This document shows, in pieces, positions 48,919 through 58,963 of a DNA stretch of 64,000 bases. The position numbers and the translations under genes are program-made. Below the pieces are notes generated by a model. That model saw nothing but the letters and a program-made list of their open reading frames with translations, had not been told where the DNA came from and did no database searches. Location of the stretch: the NCBI GenBank assembly GCA_032718475.1, contig JAUCBJ010000315.1, positions 1-64,000 on the forward strand, read 5' to 3'. Positions within the stretch are counted from its first letter, which is position 1. Each line of letters starts with the position of its first letter. This DNA comes from Nemertoderma westbladi (lineage: Eukaryota; Animalia; Xenacoelomorpha).

Positions 48919-51900
48919 TCAGTACATATCTGGGTCAACACCCCGAATCCCCGCCCCATCCCCAAACCCGAGGCCCCGCCATGGCCTCCTACCACCCCGG
49001 AGGCACAGAGAGGTCGCCCGAAGGAGACCAAACTGCAGCCGCCGCCTCACCGCACCCAAAACCTCTCCCAAACCCCGCTGTCTCATCCCGACCCTCTTAG
49101 AGCATAGGGTCTCCGCAAGGTGCCGGATGAATACAGCCGCCTCCGCACCCCACACACCGTCGGTGGAACACACCAACGGGGTGAAGTGCATCCTGCGGGA
49201 TTCGCAGGCCTCCTGGTAGTGGGCCCGCTTGACCCGCTCCCTCTGGGCGAGTAAGGTCTCCGTTGAGGCGTTGGAGCGAACATAGGAAGTGGCGTCGAGA
49301 TTTATAATCGATACGTCGAAAGACGCCACTACCTGGTTCGCCCAAACACCCCTGGATACCAAATCCGCCCTCACCCCCTCCACAGCCTGCCCATCCGAGA
49401 CCAGGTGACCTTCGGCCAGGGTGACCTCCCGCTCGACGTTAGTCGCACCGAAGGCCTCCGCAAGAAGGTCACCAAACACGTCCCGGATCTCATTGTGCCG
49501 GCGAATAACTAGCCCTCCGACCTTGCAGCTGAGAGCGTGCGCAGTGTCGAAGGGCTCGCCGCAGCCCTCGCAGTTTACTGGAAGGTCTGGGGGCGCCATA
49601 CTATACCGCAACGCGAGGTTGTCCCGAAAAGACTGCGGGTCCAGGTCGGTGTGGTCTATGGGCGAGGGTTGCGCGGAGAGCCATCCACCAGTCTTGTATT
49701 TCGCCGCCCGGCTGACAGTTCGGCGCCGATCAGGTGGGAACGCCGCCAGAGAGGCCTCGAATTTGGCCTTACAGGCGGCGTCCTGTGTCTGTCGACACTC
49801 GACAAGGGCTGTCTTGAGGCAGGCGACGTGGTCAGCGACGTGGAGACGCCCGCCAGTCTCTATGGCCTCCACAATCCTCGCAGTACCGGAAGTCGATGCG
49901 AGATGGGCCGGCCCGGATCGCTCGATGGGGTCCCGGATGCCCAGACCACCGTGTCGGACCGGGAGAAGCTGGAGCCGATCGAGGGCCGGGCTGTGGGTCG
50001 AACCGAAGAGAGAGGGGATGTATCGGTTGACCAACATCGACCGGATCGGAGCGAGTTCTGACTCGTGTGGGTTGCACACCCGGAGGATGTAGTCCCACTC
50101 AGCTTGCAGACAGCGGCTCATCGCTGAGTGGGCTGTCTGGGGGAACTCTGTCGCGACGTCCGCTAGGATGTCGATGGACTTCGTCCAGCCAGACACCTTC
50201 TCCGCTAGAAACGCACGCTTGCCAACGGAGTCGCCAACATAGCCTCCAAGAAAGCGGTGGCCATGAGATATCCGGACACCGCTGGAGCCGAATATCTCGT
50301 GGGCAGTGTCTTCCAGTCCATGTTTGATAACCAACTGGCTCTTACTCGGCTCGGGGAAGAATCCGATTGAGGGGCCGAATTCTTTCAGCATCAGCCACCA
50401 CCGATGTACAGCTGCCAGTCTGCCAACAGCCGATGCGTCGTCAGCGTACCAACACTGGCAGCATTCCGAGCGCTTGTTGCATGGTTCTTGCACAGCCGGT
50501 GAAGTCGGGGGAACGACCGAGTCCATTAGGGGCGCGACATCAGCCTGCACCGCCGGTGAAGTCGGAGAAACGTCTGAGTCTGTTACGGGCGCGACAACCG
50601 CCTGCACCGCCGGTGAAGTCAGAGGAACAATTGAGTCCGTTACAGGTGCGACTGACACCTGCACCGCTGGTAAAGTCGGAGGAATGACCGAGTCCGTTAC
50701 TGGCGAGACAATCGCCTGCACCGCCGGTGAAATTGGGGGAACAATCGAGTCCGTTATGGGCGCGACAAACGCCTGCACCTGCACCACCGGTGAATTCAGA
50801 GGGACAACCGAGTCCGTTGCGGGCGCGACAACCGCCTGCACCGCCTGTGAAGAAGCTGCAACGCTGCGGAGAACCCAGATCAGTGGCAACGAGGAACAAC
50901 AATATCCACCCATTGCTAGTGGGTCGCCCTGCGTGTATCCCTCTTTGCTCCAGAGGGGAGGGTTCTCTCCTGGGAGGTAGAGAGCAGCGTGGCCGTTGTA
51001 GGCGTTGAACATAAACCGCGAGCATCTGTGCCAGTTGATACGGCAGCTCCACAGTGAGGCTGATCGGCTGATGGAGTTGAATGCGTTTTTGGCATCCACA
51101 AGCAGAATGCAGTCGGATTCCTCCTGGTCGAACAGCCCGGTCATGGAGTGTACTGCGCCCTCGATTCCCGCCTTCAACCCGCCACACAGCTGGTCTGCCC
51201 CGCACACCTGGCCGATATCGGACCCGGTAGTAGAGATGATACAGTTCGCGAGGAGTCTGTAGGGGACCTCCCCGACCCCGATCGGTCGGACACCTGGCTG
51301 TTTGTCGAGGGCGACAAGTCGACAGGCTCGGAGAGCCCGGATCTCCCCCCAAGGAATCACCGAGTTCGCCATCCGACGCGCGAGGGCAGCGAACGCTTCC
51401 CGGAGCCGGCTACTGTGGGTGTCGTACCGTGTCAATAGCGAGTGCCAGAACTCCGCGTCACCACCCACTGGCCCGGGACTACCCTGCAGGTTCTGCGCGA
51501 CCTTCAGGACAACCTGGGCGGTGATGTCGACGTCCTCAAAGGGGGGTAGACCACTGGCAGGGACCGTGAAGACGTCTTGGGGTGGGGTGATGGGGTCAGG
51601 GTGTTTCGACTCCAGCACATCTCGTACAGTGATACCGACGCGCTGGCCCTCAGCCTGGGAGTTGGGGTCCAGGACACAGCCGCCGTCCCTGTCGGTGACA
51701 CCTCGAATTGCAGCCCGGTTCTGGCGGGTAAGAACCTTACGGTTAAAGATACGGGCGGCGTTGTCGGTTGTAGTACGACCTGGGCGTCCTCGAGAAGAAG
51801 TAAACTTCGAGGCACAGCGCTCTGCCTCGCGTGGCAGCTGTTCGGACTCACCCTGTTCCCACATATCTATTCGGCGAATCACGGTTCTGCGAATATCCGC

Positions 51901-52476
51901 CCCTTTAAACACCTGAGGATCGCGCTGGAACACTGTTGCAGCAAAGCAGAGGAAGCGCTCCGACGGGTGGACTCCTCGGTTGAGGAGGCCGATCTCGTCC
52001 GCGAGCATCCCCGCTGCTCTCCTACCGACGTTTCCGCCGGGAACAAAGTACCGCCGCGATGGCAGGTGTGTTAGGCGCTCGTGTATGTCCGCCCAGAAGG
52101 AGTCGGTAGAGGTGCCCGGTTCGTTGACCCAGACGCCTCCGAAGGCCGACTCGATGGATTCCACCAGGGAGAAAAGAGCAGTCGGAGCAAGGGGACCCTC
52201 AGGTTCGGGTACCAGAGTGGTATCCATGTCGTCTGAATTAGAGTCTAGGGAGGTGGACGAGGGCGAGGTTGAGTTTAGAACCGAGGGTTGAGACGACGAA
52301 TTCGGAGAGGAATGATTCGTCGACGAACTGGCTGGAAGGACGGTTGCCGTTGGTCCATTGGCGCATTGGTTGAGGGTTAGTGGAGTACACGAGGTGCAGG
52401 GAACTCCAGCTTTGGAGCACCTGCACCCCCGACAAGCCCCGCTGCGGCAAGTGCAGCAGCGTTGCGTGGGTGCCAT
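48919..52476 (-). CDS. CRE retrotransposon polyprotein, 1185 aa: Cys-rich N-terminus, RT, CCHC finger, restriction-like endonuclease
   Basis: Uninterrupted ORF with LVALDKQPGVRPIGVGE, DAKNAFN, QGDPLA, WYADD, CEGCGEPFDTAHALSC, RHNEIRD, RADL, FDVS and ERVKRAHY. Confidence 0.93.
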   Translation of the reverse strand: MAPTQRCCTCRSGACRGCRCSKAGVPCTSCTPLTLNQCANGPTATVLPASSSTNHSSPNSSSQPSVLNSTSPSSTSLDSNSDDMDTTLVPEPEGPLAPTALFSLVESIESAFGGVWVNEPGTSTDSFWADIHERLTHLPSRRYFVPGGNVGRRAAGMLADEIGLLNRGVHPSERFLCFAATVFQRDPQVFKGADIRRTVIRRIDMWEQGESEQLPREAERCASKFTSSRGRPGRTTTDNAARIFNRKVLTRQNRAAIRGVTDRDGGCVLDPNSQAEGQRVGITVRDVLESKHPDPITPPQDVFTVPASGLPPFEDVDITAQVVLKVAQNLQGSPGPVGGDAEFWHSLLTRYDTHSSRLREAFAALARRMANSVIPWGEIRALRACRLVALDKQPGVRPIGVGEVPYRLLANCIISTTGSDIGQVCGADQLCGGLKAGIEGAVHSMTGLFDQEESDCILLVDAKNAFNSISRSASLWSCRINWHRCSRFMFNAYNGHAALYLPGENPPLWSKEGYTQGDPLAMGGYCCSSLPLIWVLRSVAASSQAVQAVVAPATDSVVPLNSPVVQVQAFVAPITDSIVPPISPAVQAIVSPVTDSVIPPTLPAVQVSVAPVTDSIVPLTSPAVQAVVAPVTDSDVSPTSPAVQADVAPLMDSVVPPTSPAVQEPCNKRSECCQCWYADDASAVGRLAAVHRWWLMLKEFGPSIGFFPEPSKSQLVIKHGLEDTAHEIFGSSGVRISHGHRFLGGYVGDSVGKRAFLAEKVSGWTKSIDILADVATEFPQTAHSAMSRCLQAEWDYILRVCNPHESELAPIRSMLVNRYIPSLFGSTHSPALDRLQLLPVRHGGLGIRDPIERSGPAHLASTSGTARIVEAIETGGRLHVADHVACLKTALVECRQTQDAACKAKFEASLAAFPPDRRRTVSRAAKYKTGGWLSAQPSPIDHTDLDPQSFRDNLALRYSMAPPDLPVNCEGCGEPFDTAHALSCKVGGLVIRRHNEIRDVFGDLLAEAFGATNVEREVTLAEGHLVSDGQAVEGVRADLVSRGVWANQVVASFDVSIINLDATSYVRSNASTETLLAQRERVKRAHYQEACESRRMHFTPLVCSTDGVWGAEAAVFIRHLAETLCSKRVGMRQRGLGEVLGAVRRRLQFGLLRATSLCLRGGRRPWRGLGFGDGAGIRGVDPDMY
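50486..50844 (-). repeat. In-frame 57-bp tandem repeat (6 x ~19 aa AVQAVVAPVTDSVVPPTSP) inside the RT domain
   Basis: Seen directly in DNA and translation, between QGDP and WYADD. Confidence 0.92.
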
Positions 52477-52880
52477 TACTGCATTATTAGAATCAAAATA
52501 TCAAGTCAGAAGTCAGCAGTACAGCTGTACTGCCTGTACGTCAGGCCCGTATCGTGCGGGGGGCTTTGGGGGCACTGCCCCCCCAGAGAAGTCCCACTGC
52601 CCCCCCAGAGAAGTCCCACTGCCCCCCCAGACATGTATTGTTCACTCGTCTTGTTCACAGTTAATTAATAATAATATTGTTGGTAATCAATATTATTGGA
52701 TTCACATACTCCTGCCCACTGACCTGACCTGACTCCCCACCATTCCATTTGGTCCAATTCCTATAATACTACATGACATTAATATACCTACCTACCTGTA
52801 ATAATTACTAAAAATACTCGAAAGCTCTAGGTTCTCTCATTGGCTACCGGGGGGGTATAGGGGTTGTTTGTTGTTGACCG

Positions 52881-53684
52881 AGGAGTACTCTCAGAATCAT
52901 TAGAGGGAGCCCAACGGCTCCTCAGCTCATTAGAACATGCTGCTTCTAGTGTTGGTCTTTTTATTAACTCCAGAAAGACCAAAATTCTGACCGTTAACTT
53001 TGAAAGTCCTCAGCAAGTCTCTGATCGGATGAGCATAAGCTCAAAGGATGGTATGCTTGAGCATGTGGACGACTTCTGTTACCTGGGATCATGGATCCGG
53101 AAGTCAGGTGAGGACCTTCGAATACGTAAGGGAAAGGCATGGGTAGCCTTGAATAGGCTTTCCAGGATTTGGAAGTCACCGAGAATTAATCGGAAACTTA
53201 AGGTCCGATTATTTAGAGCGGCAGTAGTTCCAGTACTCCTCTACGGGAGTCCATGCTGGGCTCTAACTGCTGAGGACACCAAATCTCTGGATGGCACATT
53301 CACAAGAATGCTACGCCGGGTTCATTGTGTCAAGTACAATGCACACATCTCCAACCAGACACTATATAACATTGGAGGTGTCTCATTGGTTCCCCCAAGC
53401 TTGACACTAGAACAAAATCGCCTCCGCTTTGCAGGACATTGCTTTCGCCGTGAGGACCAGCCAGTGCATAATCTTGTACTTTGGCAGCCTCATGGAGTGA
53501 ATAAGCATGGTGGACAGCCCATGACTTTCTTGAGACGCATCTTAAAGGACACTGGCCTTAAAGATGCGGATGATCTAGCAAATGTCATGGGTGATAGGGA
53601 GTTGTGGCGGTGCAATTTTGTTGACAAGCCGGCACAGCATTCTTAAAAATGCAGCTGCAATGCAGCATGCCGATCCTAGTAGTA
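52881..53684 (+). mobile_element. Young 5'-truncated RTE LINE with open frame, (TAG)n tail and 11-bp TSD
   Basis: ORF 52864-53646; GTTGTTGACCG at 52870-52880 and 53685-53695. Confidence 0.92.
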
Positions 53685-53823
53685 GTTGTTGACCGTTGAC
53701 CCATTGTCTATTTGCTTGTAGTTTGGGAGCCAGCTTGCAGCTAAAAGGCTTGGCGCTGAGGGTTGCTTGCGCTGGTATCCATAGCTAAAAATTGTTGTAA
53801 CTTAGCCTTAACCATATTATACC

Positions 53824-55140
53824 TGAAGTGGGTCCTTCGCGCAGCACGTGACATAAATTTATGCAAGTGTAATCTTGAAAGCAAAATAAGCAAAATCTAA
53901 GCAGATGCCCTTGATCACTTTACACCAGCCTAGAGGCGGGCTTGAAAACTGCAGTCGATTTAAACCTTGTACTCTCTTTGAGGTCATTTTTGACCCATCG
54001 AAGATTTAAACTTACACAATTTTATCACACATTGATATTTTATCTCGAAATTTTGTGACATTTATTATTTTATAGTACTTGTCAATTAGAAAAACAAAAA
54101 TGTAAAAATTTGCAAGGGGGTCTATTCAATTTTACAATTTATAGGGGCCTACACATCGTGTTTTGTACCTGTACCATTCAATATCAACGAAAAACTTTTT
54201 TTGATTTCAACTCAGTTCGCAAACTTAGTTTGATACCAAAATCTTCTAGTATTCCTACTGCATTGATATTATGCTCATTTAGAACCGCAATGACCGATTT
54301 AGTTGTAGTAGACACCTTCAAAACAAGCATAAAGCGAATAGTTTTTGAGATATTTGTCAGGTATTTGTCAATATCGCATCAAGGCGCTAATTTTGACTTG
54401 TGCCGGACTTCACATTATCTGCAATATCTCAAAAACTATTCGCTCTATGCTTGTTTTGAAGGTGTCTACACCAACTAAATCGGTCATTGGGGGCGGTTCT
54501 AAATGAGCGTAATATCAATGCAGTAGGAATAATAGAAGTTGATCATCACAAAAATGGGGAATATGACTCACTTGCACCAAGGGCGGGTACTGGCCATGTG
54601 CCTGTGGGAATATTTCCTGTCATCCCCAAATCAAAATTTTGGTATCTATCGAAGTTTGGGCTCATTTGATGACATCTGATGTGCAAACTCAGTTTAAATT
54701 CGACAAAAATTTTTTCGGACCACCCCAACCCTCTCATTTACCTGAGGTCAAAATTGAACTCAAAGAAACTGTTTGAGAAACGAAGGGGTACACAAGGGTT
54801 AAGACCACATAAAAAGTTTAAATGACACAGCTAATGGTCGAGTACAATTCTGCCAAGTTTCAGCTTAAACGGATTAAAAGCAAATAAATGGGAGGACATT
54901 TAATGTTTAGACATGTAGCCATCTAGCGGGAGACTGTTGAAGTGTTGGGGTCAAAAGTCGCTAAATAATGTCAAGTTTTGGACATATTTATGCCTACAAA
55001 TTTTCAATTCGACAGCTTTAAATAAATTCTGCCTTATATGAATGTCAAAATAGTTACGTCAACAACTATTTGCCATTATTGACATTCTCCTTAACAGTGT
55101 CAATTCGCCAAGGCTCCGCCAACTTCGTGGCTCGCCCCAC
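53824..55140. mobile_element. Second copy of the 27582-28130 element family, containing a further insertion
   Basis: Shares the start gaagtggg...cttcgcgcagcacg, internal cacagctaatggtc...ctgccaagtttcagcttaaacgg, and end aacttcgtggctcgccccac. Confidence 0.75.
53964..54798. mobile_element. TTAA-flanked (piggyBac-like) MITE with a ~110-bp-arm internal inverted repeat
   Basis: ttaa-accttgtac ... gtacacaaggg-ttaa. Arms ~54250-54355 and ~54422-54531 are near reverse complements. Confidence 0.6.
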
Positions 55141-56211
55141 ACACCTTTAAACAATATTGATTTTACTTTATGTACTAAATTAACTCTCACTTTGTTGTAT
55201 GCTCCCCAAATCCTAGTTATGGGTTTTGCCCCCCCAGATTTGGCCTCTGCCCCCCCAGATATTATGATCACCATACGGGCCTGCTGTACGTACAGGTAGC
55301 AATAGCAGGATAAGGATTGCATGATTGAGTCGTGTCAGTACAGGAGTCAGTACTAGTAAATTATACTTCGCATGATGGCTAATTCAAAGTAAATGAATGA
55401 AATTATAAGAGGTTTCAATTGATGGTTGAATAGGAGATGAACTGAAGTGTAACAGGCCATGACACTGATTGTGCTTTGTGCTACACTACACTAACCATTG
55501 TCACACACTGTTACACCTTACATATACGATAGTCATCACTGTATGCTGAAGAATATATAGGCCTACCATACTATACCTGTACAACAGTAGTGGATGTATT
55601 TTATCTGAATGTGGTCACGCATGATATAAACCGAATACACTGATACTTATCATTGATCGACTTAAAGTGGCCGCGTTTTCTAAAAAAGGGGGATTTTGAA
55701 CTAAACTATAGGCTAAAATAAATTAAAAATATAGAACAGTACGTAGATTCCTTTAACTTATCTTCGTATCCTTCGGAAAGGCCAATGAACGGTTTACACC
55801 CCACCCGGTACCTCTCACTCTATCGCGAAATTTGGGTTCAAATTCCAACTAATCCCATCGCTAATTAGCGGTCTGTGCAATTAGTTTGCTATAGAATGTT
55901 TGATTAAGTAGGCCTACCGGCCCTCCTAAACATTACTTGATAAATAGTTTCCAAATTCATCCAATAGCGGCTTCGCAATGAAAGCTTACAGAAATATAAC
56001 CAATGATGTGCCTCCAATTTCTACGGTTTAAAATGCCGAAGTAACAAAACTTAAAAAACATTTTAAACTTTCATTTTGGCTTTAAAAATATAAATTTATA
56101 TAAACTGTAACAAAAAGATTATTTATTGAAGAGATACTTGTAATAAAAAATAAATACTTTTAATAAAATAAACAACATATTTTAAATTATAAGTAAAACC
56201 AAAAAGAGAGA

Positions 56212-57764
56212 ATGTCGAGTTACGAAGGCATGGATTTATTTAGTCTCTTATCAGCAGATGAATTAGAAGAAATCAAAGCCTTGGATAGCAACGATGACAT
56301 GTTTAAAGAGGAAATTCCAGGTAATAATTAAAAAAAAAGTGGTTGAAATTATATTCTTTCTAAAACGTTCAACTCTAGTGGCTTTTTTTTGCTTTGCTCT
56401 CGATAACCTCCAATAAAATAGCAATGTAAAGAGTTTGCGAAACCATTTTGTATTTTTGTAGGGAGACGATAATAACAGTATTGAACAGTGGTAAGAGACT
56501 GTATACGAATCAAATTAAACTTTCCGATTCTAAATATTTTCATTTCGCAGACGCGACGAAACCAAAAAAGCGCGGCCCTAAAAAGAAGCGATTGACAAAA
56601 CTTCGTTTAGTGAAAGTGAAACTTCGACGAAAGAAAGCGAACGCGAGAGAAAGAGGCCGGATGCACAGTCTGAACGGCGCGTTGGACGGGTTGCGTGGCG
56701 TAATGCCACCCGTAGGTGATGTAAAGTTGTCAAAGATTGAAACTCTCCGATTGGCTAAAAACTATATCAACAGTTTGGCGGAAATTTTGAAGAGAGAAAG
56801 AGCGCCGGAAATCGATGAATTCGCCAGGAATCTTACTAAAGGTAATTCGCGTTCCAAATGGGGGGGGGGGGGGTGAATCGACGCAAATAACACCTGATTA
56901 CTCCCAAAAATAAAACAAATCGTGCCTTTGCAACCTGCTCCTTTCCTTATTAATTGAAAACTTATCATTGAGACGAGAAATAAGTTACCATGCAGGCTTT
57001 TTTCAGATACACTCTCGCGTTTTTCTACGTTGGCATAACTCCTTCGAGATTTTCCAATAATTATCTTACGACTTAAAAACGCTGTAGTTTGAACATCATG
57101 TATATGTCGTTTATTTGTACTTTAAATATATATTAGAATTTGATAATACTACTGCTCTCCATGTACAATTAAACATATAAACTCTTATATATATCTGTTT
57201 TGTATATCTGCATTGTTTCTAACGAGCTGTGCCAGTAGCATCCATTCATACATCAGTTCTACACAGTTCATATAGTTCTATATATTCTATGAGCAGAAAT
57301 TTTTAAATTGGGGCTATTTTATTGTTTGTTAAATAATTATTATTTATCGTTTTCCAGACCTAAGTATCCCCACCATGCATGCTGTTGCCAAGCAACTATC
57401 CTTGGATCCCAATACCACCTTCCCGGAACTTCGCTTCTGCAAATCGAAAACTCTTCCAAACAAAATCTACAGCCCAACGCATTACTATGGCAACCATGAG
57501 TTTATTAACCAATGTAATTCATTTCCATATTCGCCCCCTGGCGGAGTTTGTGGAATCGAAGATATTCCTACGCGCCCCTACAACGGATTGGATCCCTTCT
57601 CTAATACACAATGTAATGGAGAACTCGGGATCTATCACGAGTTATTCATCGGATTCCGGGATAATTTTAAACCCAACTGGTTTAGGGAAAAAGAAACACT
57701 GAGTTACAGAGAGAACTATCCCTTTACTAACTTCCCAATAAACAATAATAATTTAAACTGCTAA
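56212..57764 (+). CDS. neuroD: NeuroD-family bHLH transcription factor, copy 2, intact (exons 56212-56320, 56551-56841, 57358-57764; 268 aa)
   Basis: Exon lengths 109+291+407 = 807 nt splice in frame at GT-AG sites; bHLH plus NeuroD-specific extension as in copy 1. Confidence 0.9.
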
Positions 57765-58167
57765 TAAAGTTCTAACCAAGTTATTTATAATTTGTATTGT
57801 AATGTTATTAACTTTTCATATCTCTTGTGAATATGTTAGTTTAGTTGATAAAAATAAATTAGTTTAGTTTGTACGATAATGATGTTAATGTAGTACTTTA
57901 TATTTCATACTCCTGGCTAAATACATTCTGCTCTTTGGGTACAAAATGTTCAACTAATGGTGGAGAAAATGAAACGTACAGGCGGAACTTTTTAAACAAA
58001 CTGTCTAAGATCTGCCAATCCTCCCTGGACACTGAGTTTATCCCAGAAACAGAAAGTGTGAATCACAAGTAGCACTACAGTACTACAGTACTACTACAGT
58101 ACTACAGTACCACTACAGTACTACTACAGTACTACAGTACTACTACAGTACTACAGTACTACTACAG

Positions 58168-58222
58168 TTTTTTTTTTTTTTTATATATGTCAATTTAATA
58201 AAGCAAAATGCCAACAAATATA
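58168..58222 (-). mobile_element. Poly(A)-tailed 3'-end stub within the array
   Basis: T15 followed by ~40 bp of AT-rich unique sequence, bounded by array units. Confidence 0.5.
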
Positions 58223-58266
58223 TACTACAGTACTACTACAGTACTACAGTACTACTACAGTACTAC

Positions 58267-58648
58267 TCAGAGTCAGTCAGAGTGTGTTGTGTGGGTTCGC
58301 AGGAGGTTGAGTTTCGCCCTTTTGCGGTCAGCCCTCCTGTGCCTTCGCGGCTGTCGATCAGCTAAGCGGCGTCCGGTTCGGTGCGACGTGGAGTCGATCA
58401 TCCACAGCAATGCCGACTGCAACCCGGCGTAGGCGACTGTGGATAACAACCCTCCAAGTTTGGAGGACAGTCAGACAGTAACATATACTAACTGTAGTAT
58501 TAATTTAACAGTGTATATTTGTCTGGTTGTTGGTGGTGGTTGCTATGCGATCTGATGTGCATCAGCTGTTTTTACAAGCTTTAATAATAAATATACGGCT
58601 ATAGTTTTCCAGGTAGGATAGTAAAAAAAAAAAAAAAAAAAAAAAAAA
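58267..58648 (+). mobile_element. CRE-clade element D, heavily 5'-truncated, A26 tail
   Basis: SECVVWVRRRLSFALLRSALLCLRGCRSAKRRP...NADCNPA is homologous to the C-termini of B and C2. Confidence 0.88.
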
Positions 58649-58963
58649 CTACAGTACTACTACAGTACTACTCCAGTACTACTATAGTACTACGTACAGT
58701 ACTACTACAGTACTACAGTACTACTACAGTACTACTATACTACAGTACTACTACAGTAGTACTACAGTACTACTACAGTACTACTACAGTACTACTGTAC
58801 TACAGTACTACTGTACTACAGTACTACTACAGTACTACTACAGTAATACTACAGTACTACTACAGTACTACAATACTACAGTACTACTACAGTACTACTA
58901 CAGTACTACTACAGTACTACTACTACTACAGTACTACTACAGTACCACTACAGTAGTAAACAG

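Larger units (their letters stand above)
52542..55283. mobile_element. hAT-like non-autonomous element inserted in the CRE-E 5' UTR
   Basis: TIR CAGGCCCGTAT(C/G)GTG at both ends; perfect 8-bp TSD CTGTACGT (52534-52541, 55284-55291). Confidence 0.9.
48774..55351 (-). mobile_element. Full-length CRE-clade element E with 13-bp TSD; 5' UTR interrupted by nested elements
   Basis: ACTAGTAAATTAT at 48761-48773 and 55352-55364. The empty site can be reconstructed from paralogs at ~7741-7768 and ~31030-31070. Confidence 0.85.
58072..58958. repeat. CAGTACTA/CAGTACTACTA microsatellite (reverse complement of the 20026-27308 arrays) containing two CRE remnants
   Basis: Both outer flanks (aatcacaagtagcactacag; gtaccactac.gtagtaaacag) match the copy-1 locus at ~27373-27392 and 20014-20035. 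Confidence 0.92.

Noticed and set aside
49421-52732. Many overlapping antisense ORFs up to ~220 aa
   Set aside because: Shadows of the GC-rich CRE coding strand, with no independent motifs. The same applies to 21456-22061 and 24285-25274.
58072-58958. Satellite as a telomeric repeat
   Set aside because: It is interstitial, has mixed 8/11-mer units without the usual G-rich strand, and has unique flanks on both sides.
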